In this document: piece by piece, positions 20,716 through 31,968 of the stretch
How positions within the stretch are numbered: position 1 is the stretch's first letter
How the letters are laid out: each line of letters begins with the position of its first letter
Assembly: GCA_965218585.1 (NCBI GenBank)
Contig: CBDCLE010000002.1
Span: 32,001 to 96,000, forward strand
Length of the DNA: 64,000 nucleotides
Direction: 5' to 3'
Origin: Terriglobia bacterium
GTDB taxonomy: Bacteria; Acidobacteriota; Terriglobia; 20CM-2-55-15
Made by a program: the position numbers and the translations under genes
Notes under the pieces: model-generated
The model's input: the letters and a program-made list of their open reading frames with translations, nothing else
Database searches by the model: none
Told to the model about the DNA's origin: nothing

Positions 20716-21468
20716 ATGCGGACTCTGATCTTATTGCGACACGGCCAGAGCACGTGGAACGAGGCCAATCTTTTTACCGGATGGACGGACGTTCCACTGA
20801 CCAGGAAGGGAGCTGAGGAGGCCAGTCAGGCCGGACGACTCATCAGAGAGGCGGGTAACTCCGTCGACATGGCTTTCACGTCCGTTTTGCAACGCGCGAT
20901 CAAGACATTGTGGCTGGCACTCGAAGAGATGGACCGCATGTGGATCCCTGTGGAACAGTCCTGGCGGCTCAACGAGAGACACTACGGCGACCTTCAGGGT
21001 GCGAACAAATTGGAAACGGTCGAAAAACACGGCGCAGACCAGGTGCAGATCTGGCGACGGAGCTATGACATTCCGCCGCCCGCACTCGATCCCAACGATG
21101 AACGCAATCCCCGGAATGATGCTCGGTACGCGAGCCTTGGATCCGAGGAGATTCCACTCACAGAAAGCCTCAAACTGACCGTCGATCGCGTCATGCCCTA
21201 CTGGCACGAACGAATCGCGCCCGAACTCAGTGCGGGAAAGCAGATCCTGATCGCTTCGCACGGCAACAGCCTGCGCGCCCTCGTAAAATATCTCGATGGT
21301 GTTTCGGAAAAAGATATCGTCCGCCTGAATATTCCGACAGGAATCCCTCTCGTATATGAATTAGAGGATGACCTGACGCCGATACGGAATTTCTATCTTG
21401 GAGATCCGGACGCGGTGGAAAAGGCCGTTCAGGCAGTGGCGGACCAGACCTCCAAAGACCGACCCTAA
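20716..21468 (+). CDS. gpmA: 2,3-bisphosphoglycerate-dependent phosphoglycerate mutase
   Basis: LLRHGQS, LNERHYG, WRRSYD, SHGNSLR, IPTGIP. Confidence 0.97.
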   Translation: MRTLILLRHGQSTWNEANLFTGWTDVPLTRKGAEEASQAGRLIREAGNSVDMAFTSVLQRAIKTLWLALEEMDRMWIPVEQSWRLNERHYGDLQGANKLETVEKHGADQVQIWRRSYDIPPPALDPNDERNPRNDARYASLGSEEIPLTESLKLTVDRVMPYWHERIAPELSAGKQILIASHGNSLRALVKYLDGVSEKDIVRLNIPTGIPLVYELEDDLTPIRNFYLGDPDAVEKAVQAVADQTSKDRP

Positions 21469-21838
21469 TTCCGGCTACGTTCCAGTTGATCTACTTTTCG
21501 TTCCAGCGTGGCGATCCGTTCTGCCAGCCGGTCAGCTTCAAGTTGATCGAAACGACCCTCGCGGCGCTTTAGAGCGGCGGTGATAGCATGATACTCGTCT
21601 TCGAGACGCTCGAACCGCTTGTCCATCCTTCACACAAGCCATGAAGTACGTCGAGACGCGTACCGAGACGGGACGTCGATTCTTCTAGAGATTCAAAGCG
21701 GGAATTGATCGTGACCAACTCCGCGAGAACGGAGCGCTGGGAAGACTCAAATCCTCCGATGCGATTCTGGATTTCTCCGGAGATCGAGCGAAATTCTTCA
21801 TAGAACGTTTGGAGGGTAATGCGTTTCTTTCGAGCCAT
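21465..21838 (-). pseudogene. Small coiled-coil protein, frameshifted near 21625
   Basis: MARKKRITLQ...LHGLCEG continues in another frame as MDKRFERLEDEY...[13 protein letters not shown]. Confidence 0.55.
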
Positions 21839-21897
21839 CGGATATACCTAGGGGGAAAGGATCGAGCGGATCGATTGTATAACCAGAGGCCTGTAGT

Positions 21898-21934
21898 AAA
21901 AAAAGCCCGGAGGGACATCCTCCGGGCTTTCTTT
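21898..21934. terminator. Intrinsic terminator downstream of ilvE (bidirectional form)
   Basis: AAAAAAAGCCCGGAGG-GACAT-CCTCCGGGCTTTCTTT. Confidence 0.8.
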
Positions 21935-21965
21935 CCCACGCTCATAGAGCGCACCTACAGAAGAA

Positions 21966-22904
21966 TCAACTTACGCGGTCGGCTACAAAAACAGGTTCGC
22001 ACCAGTCCCGGTACTTCCCCTCACGCCCCCGCACGATCCGGTAAAAGAGATCTCTCAATTCCAGCGTGAGCGATCCCATCTGGCCCGTACCGACCGGACG
22101 ATGATCCACCTTCGTGATCGTCGTGATCTGCATACCGGTACCGGCAAAGAAGGCCTCATCAGTGACAAACAGCTCCGTCCGATCGACGGGTCGTTCAATA
22201 ACCTCAACGCCCATTTCATCTCTCAACAGCTGGATGAGTGACCGGCGAACGATACCTTCCAGAATGTTATCGGTAATGGGCGGTGTGATCACTTTCCCCT
22301 CCCTGACGATAAACAGATTCGCTGCCGAACCTTCAGAGACGTGCCCGTCCGCGTTCAGGACGATCGCTTCGTCGAAGCCGGATCGTTCTGCGTCCGTCTT
22401 CACCAGTGCGGAATTGACATACGTACCGGTGATCTTTCCCCTGGCCGGTATCGCATTGTCGTCCACGCGTCTCCACGAAGAAACGGTCACGTGGGCTCCT
22501 TCGTCGTTAGCGACGTACAAGCCAAAGGGAATCGTAACGATGGATAGCTCAGCATTCATGTCTTGTAGGCGTACACCGATGAGTTCGTCCGATACAAATC
22601 CCAGCGGGCGAATGTAGCAGTCTTCCCTCATGTCTTCCTTCCGCAATAGTTCCCGGGTCGCTTCTACCAGGTCCTCTAGCGTGAGCGAAAACTCCATGCA
22701 CAGCAATCTCGCCGACTGCAGGAACCGCCGGTAGTGATCCTCCGGACGGAAGATGAATAGTTGCTCTTCCTCATCGTTCCAATAACCGCGAAGTCCGCCA
22801 AAAACGCCTGTCCCATAGTTGAGGGCATGCGTCAGGACTCCAACATTTGCTTCGCTGTAAGGAACGATGCGGCCTTTAAAGTACGCGTATTTCGGTATAG
22901 CCAC
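21966..22904 (-). CDS. ilvE: Branched-chain amino acid aminotransferase
   Basis: HALNYGTGVFGG, YIRP, EGSAANLF, LEGIVR, DEAFFAGTG. Confidence 0.93.
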   Translation of the reverse strand: MAIPKYAYFKGRIVPYSEANVGVLTHALNYGTGVFGGLRGYWNDEEEQLFIFRPEDHYRRFLQSARLLCMEFSLTLEDLVEATRELLRKEDMREDCYIRPLGFVSDELIGVRLQDMNAELSIVTIPFGLYVANDEGAHVTVSSWRRVDDNAIPARGKITGTYVNSALVKTDAERSGFDEAIVLNADGHVSEGSAANLFIVREGKVITPPITDNILEGIVRRSLIQLLRDEMGVEVIERPVDRTELFVTDEAFFAGTGMQITTITKVDHRPVGTGQMGSLTLELRDLFYRIVRGREGKYRDWCEPVFVADRVS

Positions 22905-23143
22905 TTCGTCTCCTTTTGATTTGATTCGAGCGTCTCCACCCTTACGGGCATAGACCGAAAATCGGCCTAATCTTTCTAGTATGGACGAAAGACAGGGTTT
23001 ACGTAGGAATTAGTTGAGACCAAATCGAAGGCGCAGGAAGTGCGAAAAACGCAAATTCTGCGCTCTTGGAGGCAGATTCAAGAAACGCGCGCCGGTCGTA
23101 ATGATCGCGAGTCCTTTTGCGGAAGCCGAGGCGGCAGGGATTT

Positions 23144-23656
23144 CTACAGTTCGGGTTGATTGTCTTTTATAGCTTGGTAGAACACCGGCTTGTTGGGCAC
23201 GGGCAGCGTCAAAGAAAGGCTTTCGCCCGTCCTCATGTGAACCATGAGTTCGGTCTCTCCAGCGGACTCGGACACCTCATCAATGTCGACTATGTTGCGG
23301 TAGAGAGCTTTCCGCATCCCAAGCCCGGTGCGTCCTGCCGTCACGAAATACTCCGGATAGAGGCCGGCGAACTGTCTGATGAGAAGAACAAACCCGAAAA
23401 CATACACGAGAACGGCGATGAAGAACCGAAGGAGGAAGCTGATCGGTTCGTCCATAGCGCCCTCATACATGCCACGTATGAAGATGACAACATTGGCGGT
23501 GATCAGCGCGATCAGGAAAAAGTTGGCCCATGCGGGCCACTGGCGATGGGAGAGCGCCAGTGGCTCGGGAAGATCCGTCAGGATGCGAAAGACCCATAGC
23601 AGTGGTACAGTCGCCACGAGGACCGCCATGGACAGAGCTGGAACCCAGTCGGACAT
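23144..23656 (-). CDS. Hypothetical membrane protein (about 3 TM)
   Basis: Hydrophobic segments; starts just after the helicase stop. Confidence 0.7.
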   Translation of the reverse strand: MSDWVPALSMAVLVATVPLLWVFRILTDLPEPLALSHRQWPAWANFFLIALITANVVIFIRGMYEGAMDEPISFLLRFFIAVLVYVFGFVLLIRQFAGLYPEYFVTAGRTGLGMRKALYRNIVDIDEVSESAGETELMVHMRTGESLSLTLPVPNKPVFYQAIKDNQPEL

Positions 23657-26381
23657 GCGCCTCAGGCCTGCCGCTCCTCAAAAGGCCATTCTCTCCATCC
23701 CTGCAACAAGGGAAAATACAGACCAAGACGGATCGGACGGGGGTCAATGGTGGCCATGACGCGAGCATAATCCTCGAGTTGCGCCCGATAACGCGCCTGC
23801 TCGCTGTCGAGGAACGCCTCGCGCCCACTCCCCTCATGCGAGCTGGTCTTGTAATCGACGATCCATCGTGTGCCCCCGTCCAGAAAAGTGTGATCCAGAA
23901 CGAATCGACGCACTCGCCCATCCACCGCCTCAGTCAACTTGAGTTCTCTTTCGTCGTCCGAGTGTGACGAAAGGATCCATTGTCCACGTTCATCGGACAT
24001 CGCGTTTCGGAGTGCCTCTCGGGTCCGTCTAACGGCTTCATCCAATTTTTGACCGTCCAGCCCTTCAGACCGAAGGGCGAGACGAATGGCTTTTTCGTCA
24101 GGTGTTTGACGATCAGGGAGCGTCTGTTGGAGCATCCGATGTACAACGACGCCCACACGACGTTGCAATTCGCCGGCCCACTCAAACACCGGCCGACGGA
24201 CTCGAGCGTCCTCTGAATCCGCGGCACCCACAGATGGCTTCCACGCGACGTCTTCCGGTGGCCCCAGAGCGCACCATTCCGCGCTGAGCCGCCTCAAGGC
24301 GACACCGTCGACTTCCTTGTCCACCATTTCTTCGTCACCGAATTCGGCCTCCATGAACGCCTCCGCGAAGTCCGTCTCGAGTGTGGCCCATATCTTCCGC
24401 AACAGGGATCTCGAATCCGGAGGCCTCAACAAAGTCCCGTCTCGATCGACGCTCACGTGACCCAGCAGATGCAACCTCTCTCGAGCCCGGGTCACGGCCA
24501 CATAGAGCAGACGTGTGCTTTCATGGTCGTCCTTCTCCTTGTAGATCATCCGCAGATACTCGTAGAGAGGATCACGGTCGCCACCCATTTCATGGATCGG
24601 TGCCAGCAACAGGCGGGATTTATTCCGGCCCATGTATTCCAACCACATCAACAGTCGTTGGTCTTCACCCCGGGTACGGCGCCCCAAGCCCGGGAGAATC
24701 ACCGTATCGAACTCCAATCCCTTGGACTTGTGGACCGTGAGCAATTGCAAATCCTCTCCGGCTTCGACATCGGGCGGAGCGAAGAGCCGGTCGACATCTT
24801 CGGCAAACTTTCTCTCATCGCGGATGTCGGTGCCCTGGGTCGATTCTTCCAGGAGATCCAGGTAGGCTCGGGCATCTTCCAATTCCCCTTTGCTTTCAAG
24901 ACAGGCAGGACCACCCAGAGCGATCCGTACACCTTCAACCCACCGCGGCAGAGGCAGGGTCCCACGACGTGCCATAGCGTCGGAAAAGACTGCAGACGTT
25001 TTCTCAAGACGGGAACGACCATCGAGAGACAACCGGTCCAGGGTTGCCGAATCCTGAACAAGGCTCCATATCGCAGAGGTGGCATCCCCGTTGACGAGCG
25101 TCTCCAGGTCATCCAAAGTCAGACCGCACCATGGAGCCCTAAGAATAGAGAGCCACGCCACCCGGTCTCCTGAATGCAACAGGGCCCGAGTCAGTGCCAG
25201 CAGATCCTGAACGGCGGGACGTTCTCCAAGAACGTCAATCTCTACGGCACGAAACTTTTCTCCAGATCTCCGCAACGCCGAGACGATGCTGAAAAGATGT
25301 GTACGCGACCGGACGAGCACCGCGATCGTGCCATCCGGATGCCTGGTCTTGGTCTCCTGAATAATTCTGAGAACCTCGTCCGATTCCGGTTCGGCATCGC
25401 TCACAAAGAAGGGGTGTATATCGACGGCATCCGGATCTGGTTCTGTTTTAAAAGGAATAGACGGCTCGTAGGTCACAGCCCCGGTCAACCTGTCTTCGAT
25501 CTCGGGAAACGCTACGCCGAGCGCGTTGTTTACCCACTCCACGATGCCCGCGCCCGAACGAAAATTGACCGAGAGTGTCAAGGGCTTCAGACGAAGGGAA
25601 GCCACGCCTTCTGTCCGCGCGCGCAAAAACAATCCGACCTCGGCCTCACGGAAACCGTAAATCGACTGCATGGGATCGCCAACCAGGAAAAGCGTTCGAC
25701 CATCAGTGGGCTGCCATTCGCGAACGATTCTCGTCAGCAGATCGTACTGACTCTGCGAAGTGTCCTGGAATTCGTCGATGAGCAGGTGATCGATCCGGCA
25801 GTCCAGCGCGAACGCAAGATCGGTCGGTTCGGCGTCCGAACCCAGCGCTGAGCGTGCGCCGATGGCGATCTCGGTGAAATCGACTCGCCCTTCCTCCTGG
25901 AAGACAAGGCGGAGCTGGGCGACGGCGAAGGGCAGCAGGACCAGGAGCGCACCGAGAACATCCCACTGTCCGGCTTCAAACCCGACAGGCGGCAGCGAAC
26001 GGAGAGCATGCAATCGATCCAGAATCTGTGGGTCCAACCGGACAGCCCGCAGTCGGTCCTTTGCGCTCCGCCCCACGTCGGTTGAGGGAAAACCTTCGTT
26101 CTTGGTCGGGCTGGCCCGCCGCTTGCCTCCGCGGGTGAGGAACATGTCGGTAAGGCCCAACCAGAGTGGAAGCGATTCGAGACGCGAACCTGGAAAATCG
26201 GAAAGGGCGCTGCATGCAGACATTGGCTTCGCACTTTCTGTCGCCGTCAGATTCCCAGCCGCAAAACGGATCAGCGCGAGGGTTTCGGCTTTCAAGCGCT
26301 CAGGGAACATGCTGCCAAGCTGTTCCAGTTCGTCTTCGATGATTTCGGAAACAGCCGACTCCAGATCGTCCCGATAATTCC

Positions 26382-27623
26382 TGCCGGCTCAACCGGTCGA
26401 TGCAACACATGCATTAAATGTTTCTGCCGGAGTTGCGAACTCCAGCGTCTTGCGGGGCCGCTCGTTGAGCTGCCGAGCAACCGCGTCCAAATGTTCCTGT
26501 GAGTGTACCGACAGATTCGTCCTTTTGGGAAAGTAGTATCGAAGCAGACCATTGGTGTTCTCATTCGATCCGCGCTGCCATGGACTCCGTGGGTCGCAGA
26601 AATAGACGGCAATGTTTGTCGCCAGGGTAAACCGCTTGTGATCCGCCATTTCCAGACCGCGATCCCAGGTCAGTGATTTGTAGAGTTCCGTCGGTAGTGG
26701 ATGCGCCTGTTCGATGAGCGCGTTGACAACAGTTTCGGTCTTCTTGTTGGGAACCTTCGCCAGCATCACATAACGCGAGTGACGTTCGACCAGAGTGGCG
26801 ATGTAGGTGTTCCTCGATCCGGCGATCCGATCCCCTTCCCAGTGACCGGGGACCGCACGATATTCGACTGAAGCCGGGCGCTCACGGATCGAGATCATGT
26901 CTTCGATCTGTCCCTTTCCATGGCCTTTCCGGCTCGCTTTTCCAGATCGGCGAATCGTGCGTCTTGTCCGCAGATACTGAGTCAGTTCTTTCTTCAAAAC
27001 CCCGCGGGCCTGGACAAAAAGGCTGCGATAGATCGTCTCGTGGAACACGTGAAGCGACTCGTCTTCCGGATATGAGTGTTTCAGCCAACCGGCGATTTGC
27101 TCGGGCGACCAGACCTTCTGCAGCTTCTCTTCAACAAGCTGCCGTAAGCGGGGACTGCGGGCTAACCGGCACGACTTCGGACGGCGCGCCCGCTCCCAGG
27201 TCCGCTCATCGGCTTCCGATGCCCGATAGCTATCAGAGCCCCCGTTTCGGCTGACCTCCCGGCTCACCGTCGATGGCGACCGACCCAGTCGCACGGCAAT
27301 CGAACGGAGCGATTCTTTGGCCGCAATACCTCTAGAGATCTCTTCACGTTCGACCAGAGTCAGTGCCCGCGCTGACCGGCAACGGGACTGCGGACGGATG
27401 CCCCCGTACACGGCCAGTTGACGATGAATCGCCGATCCCCCTCTGTCCAGCACGCGTCCGATCGATTGGGACGACTCCCCCCGCTGCCAGCGATCCCACA
27501 CCTCGACCCGCTCGATCGCTGTGAACCATCGCCGCTTCCTCATCCGCTTGTTCTTTCGTTTCTTGGCCATACACTTCACCTCTCTTCTTATGTGAAGTGT
27601 TGCATCGACCCCTTGAAATCACC
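26382..27623 (-). mobile_element. IS30-family insertion sequence
   Basis: Imperfect 26-bp IRs sharing TCAA..GGTCGATGCAACA; 2-bp TSD CC. Confidence 0.9.
26389..27579 (-). CDS. IS30 transposase
   Basis: WSPEQIAG, GHWEGD, LTWDRGLEM, PWQRGSNENTNGLLR, LNERPRK. Confidence 0.95.
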   Translation of the reverse strand: MKCMAKKRKNKRMRKRRWFTAIERVEVWDRWQRGESSQSIGRVLDRGGSAIHRQLAVYGGIRPQSRCRSARALTLVEREEISRGIAAKESLRSIAVRLGRSPSTVSREVSRNGGSDSYRASEADERTWERARRPKSCRLARSPRLRQLVEEKLQKVWSPEQIAGWLKHSYPEDESLHVFHETIYRSLFVQARGVLKKELTQYLRTRRTIRRSGKASRKGHGKGQIEDMISIRERPASVEYRAVPGHWEGDRIAGSRNTYIATLVERHSRYVMLAKVPNKKTETVVNALIEQAHPLPTELYKSLTWDRGLEMADHKRFTLATNIAVYFCDPRSPWQRGSNENTNGLLRYYFPKRTNLSVHSQEHLDAVARQLNERPRKTLEFATPAETFNACVASTG

Positions 27624-28254
27624 CCCATTGCCGGCATTACCGATGACATGCCGCAGCCACTGGTCACGACTCCCGAGCATCGTGCTCAAGAGTTTTTCAA
27701 TGCTCCCGACTTTGTTGTCCAGATGAGCGAGAAGCCCTCGCAACGCATTGGAAACCTGAGCGTCTGTCTCCTCCTCATCGAGCATGGCCAGCGTTCGTCG
27801 TGCGGCCTGACGGTACAGATGGGTGACGTCGTCCTCCGGCTGGGGCGGTGAACCCATCCGCGACACCCAGGGCATCCGCCGAACCAGCGTGGCGCAAAAC
27901 GAATCCATCGTCTGGATTCGGAGGCGCGAGGGGTGCTCTGTCAAACGCCAATCGAACCGGTCATTTTGAGCCAGTGCAGCCTCGGCAAGCTTCCAGGTGA
28001 ACTTCTCATGCGAGGAAACAGGTTCCGGCCCAGAAGCACTCTGGAGGGCTTCGATCACGCGGTGGCGCATTTCAGCAGCCGCCTTGCGCGTAAATGTAAT
28101 GGCCACGATGGACTCGGGCTGATCCGCTCGAGCCAGGAGTTTCAGAAACCGCTGAATGAGAAGTTCTGTCTTGCCGGACCCAGCGGGAGCCTGCACGATA
28201 AACGATCTGGAATGGTCCAGGGCCTCGCGACGTTGAGCCTGATCCAGAACCCGG

Positions 28255-30902
28255 TCAACCATTGGCATCCTCGGAGCCCAAATCCACAGAAAGATCGGCC
28301 TGGTGGATTCGGCAGAGCGTTCGAAGATGACAATACTCACAGTTGGTGCGGCAGTCTTTCGGATTGACCGCGGCCCGACCTTCCCGGAAATCCGCACCCA
28401 ACCGATCGAGGACCCTCTGCCAGTCGTCGATCCGGTCTTCCAGAGACATATCTCGAAGCGGGTTCACGCCTGGAGCGACACCTTCGGAATCGGTTAATCC
28501 TGTAAAGGCCACCTTGCCGGTCTTGAGCCGCCCGAACAAAACACCCGCAACAGGGGAATCGGCTGTGGCGGCATAGATCGGAAGCTGTGGCTGGTCCGGA
28601 CGATCTCCTTCCCAGTCGGAAGGGCTGCATTCTCCTGTCTTGTAGTCGAGGATGACCAGTCCCCCATCTGGGAGGCGATCCACGCGATCCATCCGAATCC
28701 GTACCTCGATGCCGCCGACCGTCACCCGCCGGTCGTTCTCCTGTTCGACAACCGTAAAGGATTTCCTTTCCTTCTCAAGACTCAGCCACTCGGTCACGAC
28801 GCGTTCCAACCGCTCCTGCTCGATTTCGGCGAAGAACCTCCTGCGAAGGGCACGTCGCTGTTCGCCTAATTCGCGGATCCCGGCCGAGACCGTCATTCGA
28901 ACCAGGGCCGCAAGCCTCTCGTCGGTCGTGGAGACAAGCGCCTCATGGGATCCCAATGAATCCCAGACCCGCTCGAGAACACGGTGGACGAGCTGGCCGC
29001 GATCCATCGCACTCAACCCGGCTTCAGCCTCCCCGGGCGCCTTCGCGGCGAGGCGCAATTGGGCAAATGCTTTGAACGGACACTCCGATTGAAGTTTGAA
29101 AAGAGACGTCCCTCCCCGGAGCGCGCCATTGATGTATGGAGGTCCTCGGTGATCCTCGAGAGTTTCCATCCGCGAGGACTCGGCAAGTCTTTGGGCGTAC
29201 CCTGCCGAGGTCACAAGGCCGAGTTCCCCACATTGCCCTTCAGGAAGCGATCGAAACAGTGGGCTGACCCTCAAATCCGAATCGGCCTCCCTTTGGGGGT
29301 GACTGACGATTACCCTCGGCGCACTGGCCAGGAGTCGCCGGGTCATCGAGTTTGCGAACTCCAGTTCTCTCTCAGGTGAGGATCGCGGCAGGTTCAGCCG
29401 ACGCTGGAGGCGAAACGGGAGGAACGGGTCCGGACCCGCCGGAGGCGGCCAGACTCCATCATCCATCCCCATGATCCAGACCTGTCGAAAACCAGACCTG
29501 CGGTCTCAAAGATCCCGAGGATCTGGACCGGGGCCGGATCGGACTCAGGCTGAAACTGCCTGGACGAGGCCAGGCGACGCAACGTGCCGACGGCGGCGTT
29601 CAGACGAACCGGACCGGAAACCCCGTCAAGCCCGGCACTCTCCGACAGCAATTCGTTCCAGACTTCCAACGTCTGGTATTCGGCACTGGTCGGGCTTCCA
29701 TCGCCCGGCCATCCGATGGCCTTGAGGAGACCGGAGAACGAAGCGGCCCAGTCGCTCGGCGACTGGATGGGTTCCAATATCTGACACGCCTCACTCCATG
29801 CCCTGAGCTGGGTCGCCAGTTTCGGACAACGATGTCCTCCACCGTTCTTTTCGGCCAGAGACAAAACAGCACCCAGGGCCAGTTCGGGCTCTCTCAACGA
29901 CCGCAGCGTGCCGTCCAGAAGCCCTCTCTCGGTCAGCTCCTCGCGCGCACCAGCAATGAACGGAGATCGGACGAGCCGCGACAAAGCTCCGATGGGCATG
30001 TCTTGAGGATCGGTCTCGAGAATAGACAGAGCGGTATCGATAATCGGGTAGGTGCTCGCCTTTGGTCCCAGTGAAATATTGAACAGACGCCGGGGATCGA
30101 GGTCGGGACGGAGCCGCCCCCGGGGATGGAACTCTTCGGAAAAGACGCGTTCCACCTGGCTGCGGCGCCGGTCAAGATCGGCGACAACAATGCCGATTCG
30201 GAATTCCGGCGTCGCAGCTTCAGGATCGGTCTCAAGAATCTGACGGGCCCAACCCGCAGCCGAACGGATCTCACGTTCGGGATCGATCAGACCGATACGC
30301 ACGGCTTCACCGGGCGAGTCAGGAACCGGACACTCCTGGACGCGTATCCCCGATACCCGTAGAGCATCGAACAGCCTCTTCTGTGCAGGCGTCGATTCCA
30401 GAAACCCTGCGATCTCGATGTCACAGGAAACGCGAATCCCGCCGTCGGAGATACGATCAGCAATGAACCCGGCCAACTCTGCGCTGGATAGCCAGCCGTT
30501 CCTACTCAGACGACGACGAAACTCCGTCGCCCATCGATAGAAGACTTCCGAATCGGTGGAGTCATTCCATTCGGGCGCGTCTAACGGCAGACGCCATTGA
30601 CAGAGAAGATTCCAGGAATCCAGCGCGGCTTCAGCAGTGGCAGGAACTTCCAGCAAAACATTGTCAGCCTCAGACCGCACGATGTCTTCCCAGATCGCCC
30701 GTTCCTCTAAGCGACGCAACAGCCGCAACTCACCATCGGCACCGCCCGAGTACAGCCATTCTTCCCATAACTCTGTTAGCCAGGCATTGAACGGAAGGAT
30801 GTGGGGCGTCGGTCAGGTGGAAAACCCGGCCGCAATCTGTTCGCGGTCATGGGCCTCGAGAAGTTCACGGGCAAGACGGGTGGTGGCGGTGATCAGAGTC
30901 AT
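28255..30902 (-). pseudogene. AddB-like PD-(D/E)XK nuclease subunit with a nonsense codon (30813-30815) and a frameshift (~29480)
   Basis: MTLITATTRLARELL..FST*PTPHIL..., then ETAGLVFDR / WIMGMDD across a frame change. C-terminus has SECPF, RMDRVD, ILDYKTG, QLPIYA, CEYCHLRTLC. Confidence 0.85.
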
Positions 30903-30994
30903 AGGGGAGTTCAAAGTGTGACGCGGAGGGTCACCAAGAGAGGTCCCCGAGACTGTAGAAGCGGTCTATGTTTGAAAACCTTGTCAGAGAATTC

Positions 30995-31149
30995 GGTAGT
31001 GTCTCAGTTTGAAATTGCCTTCTTGTAAGTTGAAGGGCGATTGGGCTTCTGCTGACGCCCGTCGATAAGGCCGATGATCCAGTCAATGTCGTGCAGCTTG
31101 TCGCTCACGCCAGCCGCCATAGCTGGGGATACTAAACTGAGACACTACC
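30995..31149 (-). mobile_element. 155-bp mini-IS1 (internal deletion derivative/MITE)
   Basis: IRs GGTAGTGTCTCAGTTT / AAACTGAGACACTACC; 8-bp TSD GAGAATTC. The interior encodes a transposase C-terminus, SPAMAAGVSDKLHDIDWII..ISN*. Confidence 0.88.
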
Positions 31150-31202
31150 GAGAATTCATTGGGGTGGCTAAAGGCAATCTTTATTCCGAACACCTCTCCC
31201 TG

Positions 31203-31238
31203 ATAACGCTTGACGTTAATAACGCATAACGTTATCAT
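31203..31238 (+). promoter_or_regulatory. higBA promoter with two TAACG-N5-CGTTA operators
   Basis: TTGACG (31210) -17 bp- TATCAT (31233), overlapped by TAACGcttgaCGTTA and TAACGcataaCGTTA. Confidence 0.75.
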
Positions 31239-31244
31239 CCTCGT

Positions 31245-31526
31245 GTGATTCGGAGCTTTGCGGATAAAGAGACCGAAAGACTGTTTGTCCGTGAGCGCAA
31301 TAAAGCACTTCCCAAGAAACTTCACCGAATCGCATTAAGGAAACTGCTTCAGATCGACGCTGCCGAGTCTTTAGGTGACTTACACACACCGCCAGGGAAT
31401 CACCTGGAGCGGCTTCGCGGAAAACGAAAAGGACAACACAGCATCAGAATCAACGATCAGTGGCGCATCTGTTTCATTTGGAGAGGCCCTGACGCTGAAG
31501 CGGTCGAAATCGTCGACTATCACTGA
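31245..31526 (+). CDS. higB: HigB (RelE-like) toxin
   Basis: MIRSFADKETE, PPGNHLERL, HSIRINDQWRICF, VEIVDYH. Confidence 0.95.
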   Translation: MIRSFADKETERLFVRERNKALPKKLHRIALRKLLQIDAAESLGDLHTPPGNHLERLRGKRKGQHSIRINDQWRICFIWRGPDAEAVEIVDYH

Positions 31527-31528
31527 GG

Positions 31529-31840
31529 ATGAACATGGGTAAGAAAGTCTTAGAACCGATTCACCCTGGGGAAATCCTTCTTGAGGATTTTCTGCGACCA
31601 CTCGGACTGAGTCAGTATCGGGTAGCAAAAGGTATTAGCGTACCTCCCCGCCGTATCAATGAGATCGTGCATGGAAAGCGTTCGATCAGTGCCGACACCG
31701 CACTTCGATTGAGTCGTTTCTTCGGAACATCGGAACGGTTCTGGCTGAACCTCCAGACTCGATATGACCTGGAAGCTGAAAAGGACCGACTCGGTGAAAC
31801 CTTGGAACAGGAAGTTGAGGTTCTTTCGAACGCAGGTTGA
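31529..31840 (+). CDS. higA: HigA antitoxin (Xre HTH)
   Basis: HPGEILLEDFL, RINEIVHGKRSISADTALRL, FWLNLQ. Confidence 0.95.
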   Translation: MNMGKKVLEPIHPGEILLEDFLRPLGLSQYRVAKGISVPPRRINEIVHGKRSISADTALRLSRFFGTSERFWLNLQTRYDLEAEKDRLGETLEQEVEVLSNAG

Positions 31841-31968
31841 GACGTCAAATCGCCCCATCTTTTCCGGTTGTCTTCAGCATTTTGTCGAACGTATCCTTAC
31901 AGGCCATCGAACCTTAGAAGAGCCGGGTGCGAGCGCGGTTCGAATTAGCGCCGCCCTCTGGAGGAACT

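Larger units (their letters stand above)
23662..28268 (-). pseudogene. addA: AddA-like UvrD helicase-nuclease, split by IS30
   Basis: N-part has APAGSGKT and AITFTRKAAAEM; C-part has DEFQDTS, VGDPMQSIYGFR, TVHKSKGLE, LYVAVTRAR, IVDYKT. The halves rejoin in frame (NAGNGNYRDDL) when the IS and the 2-bp TSD are removed. Confidence 0.92.

Noticed and set aside
22905-23140. Possible attenuator or T-box leader upstream of ilvE
   Set aside because: Only a small hairpin; no T-box consensus or Leu/Ile/Val-rich leader peptide was seen.
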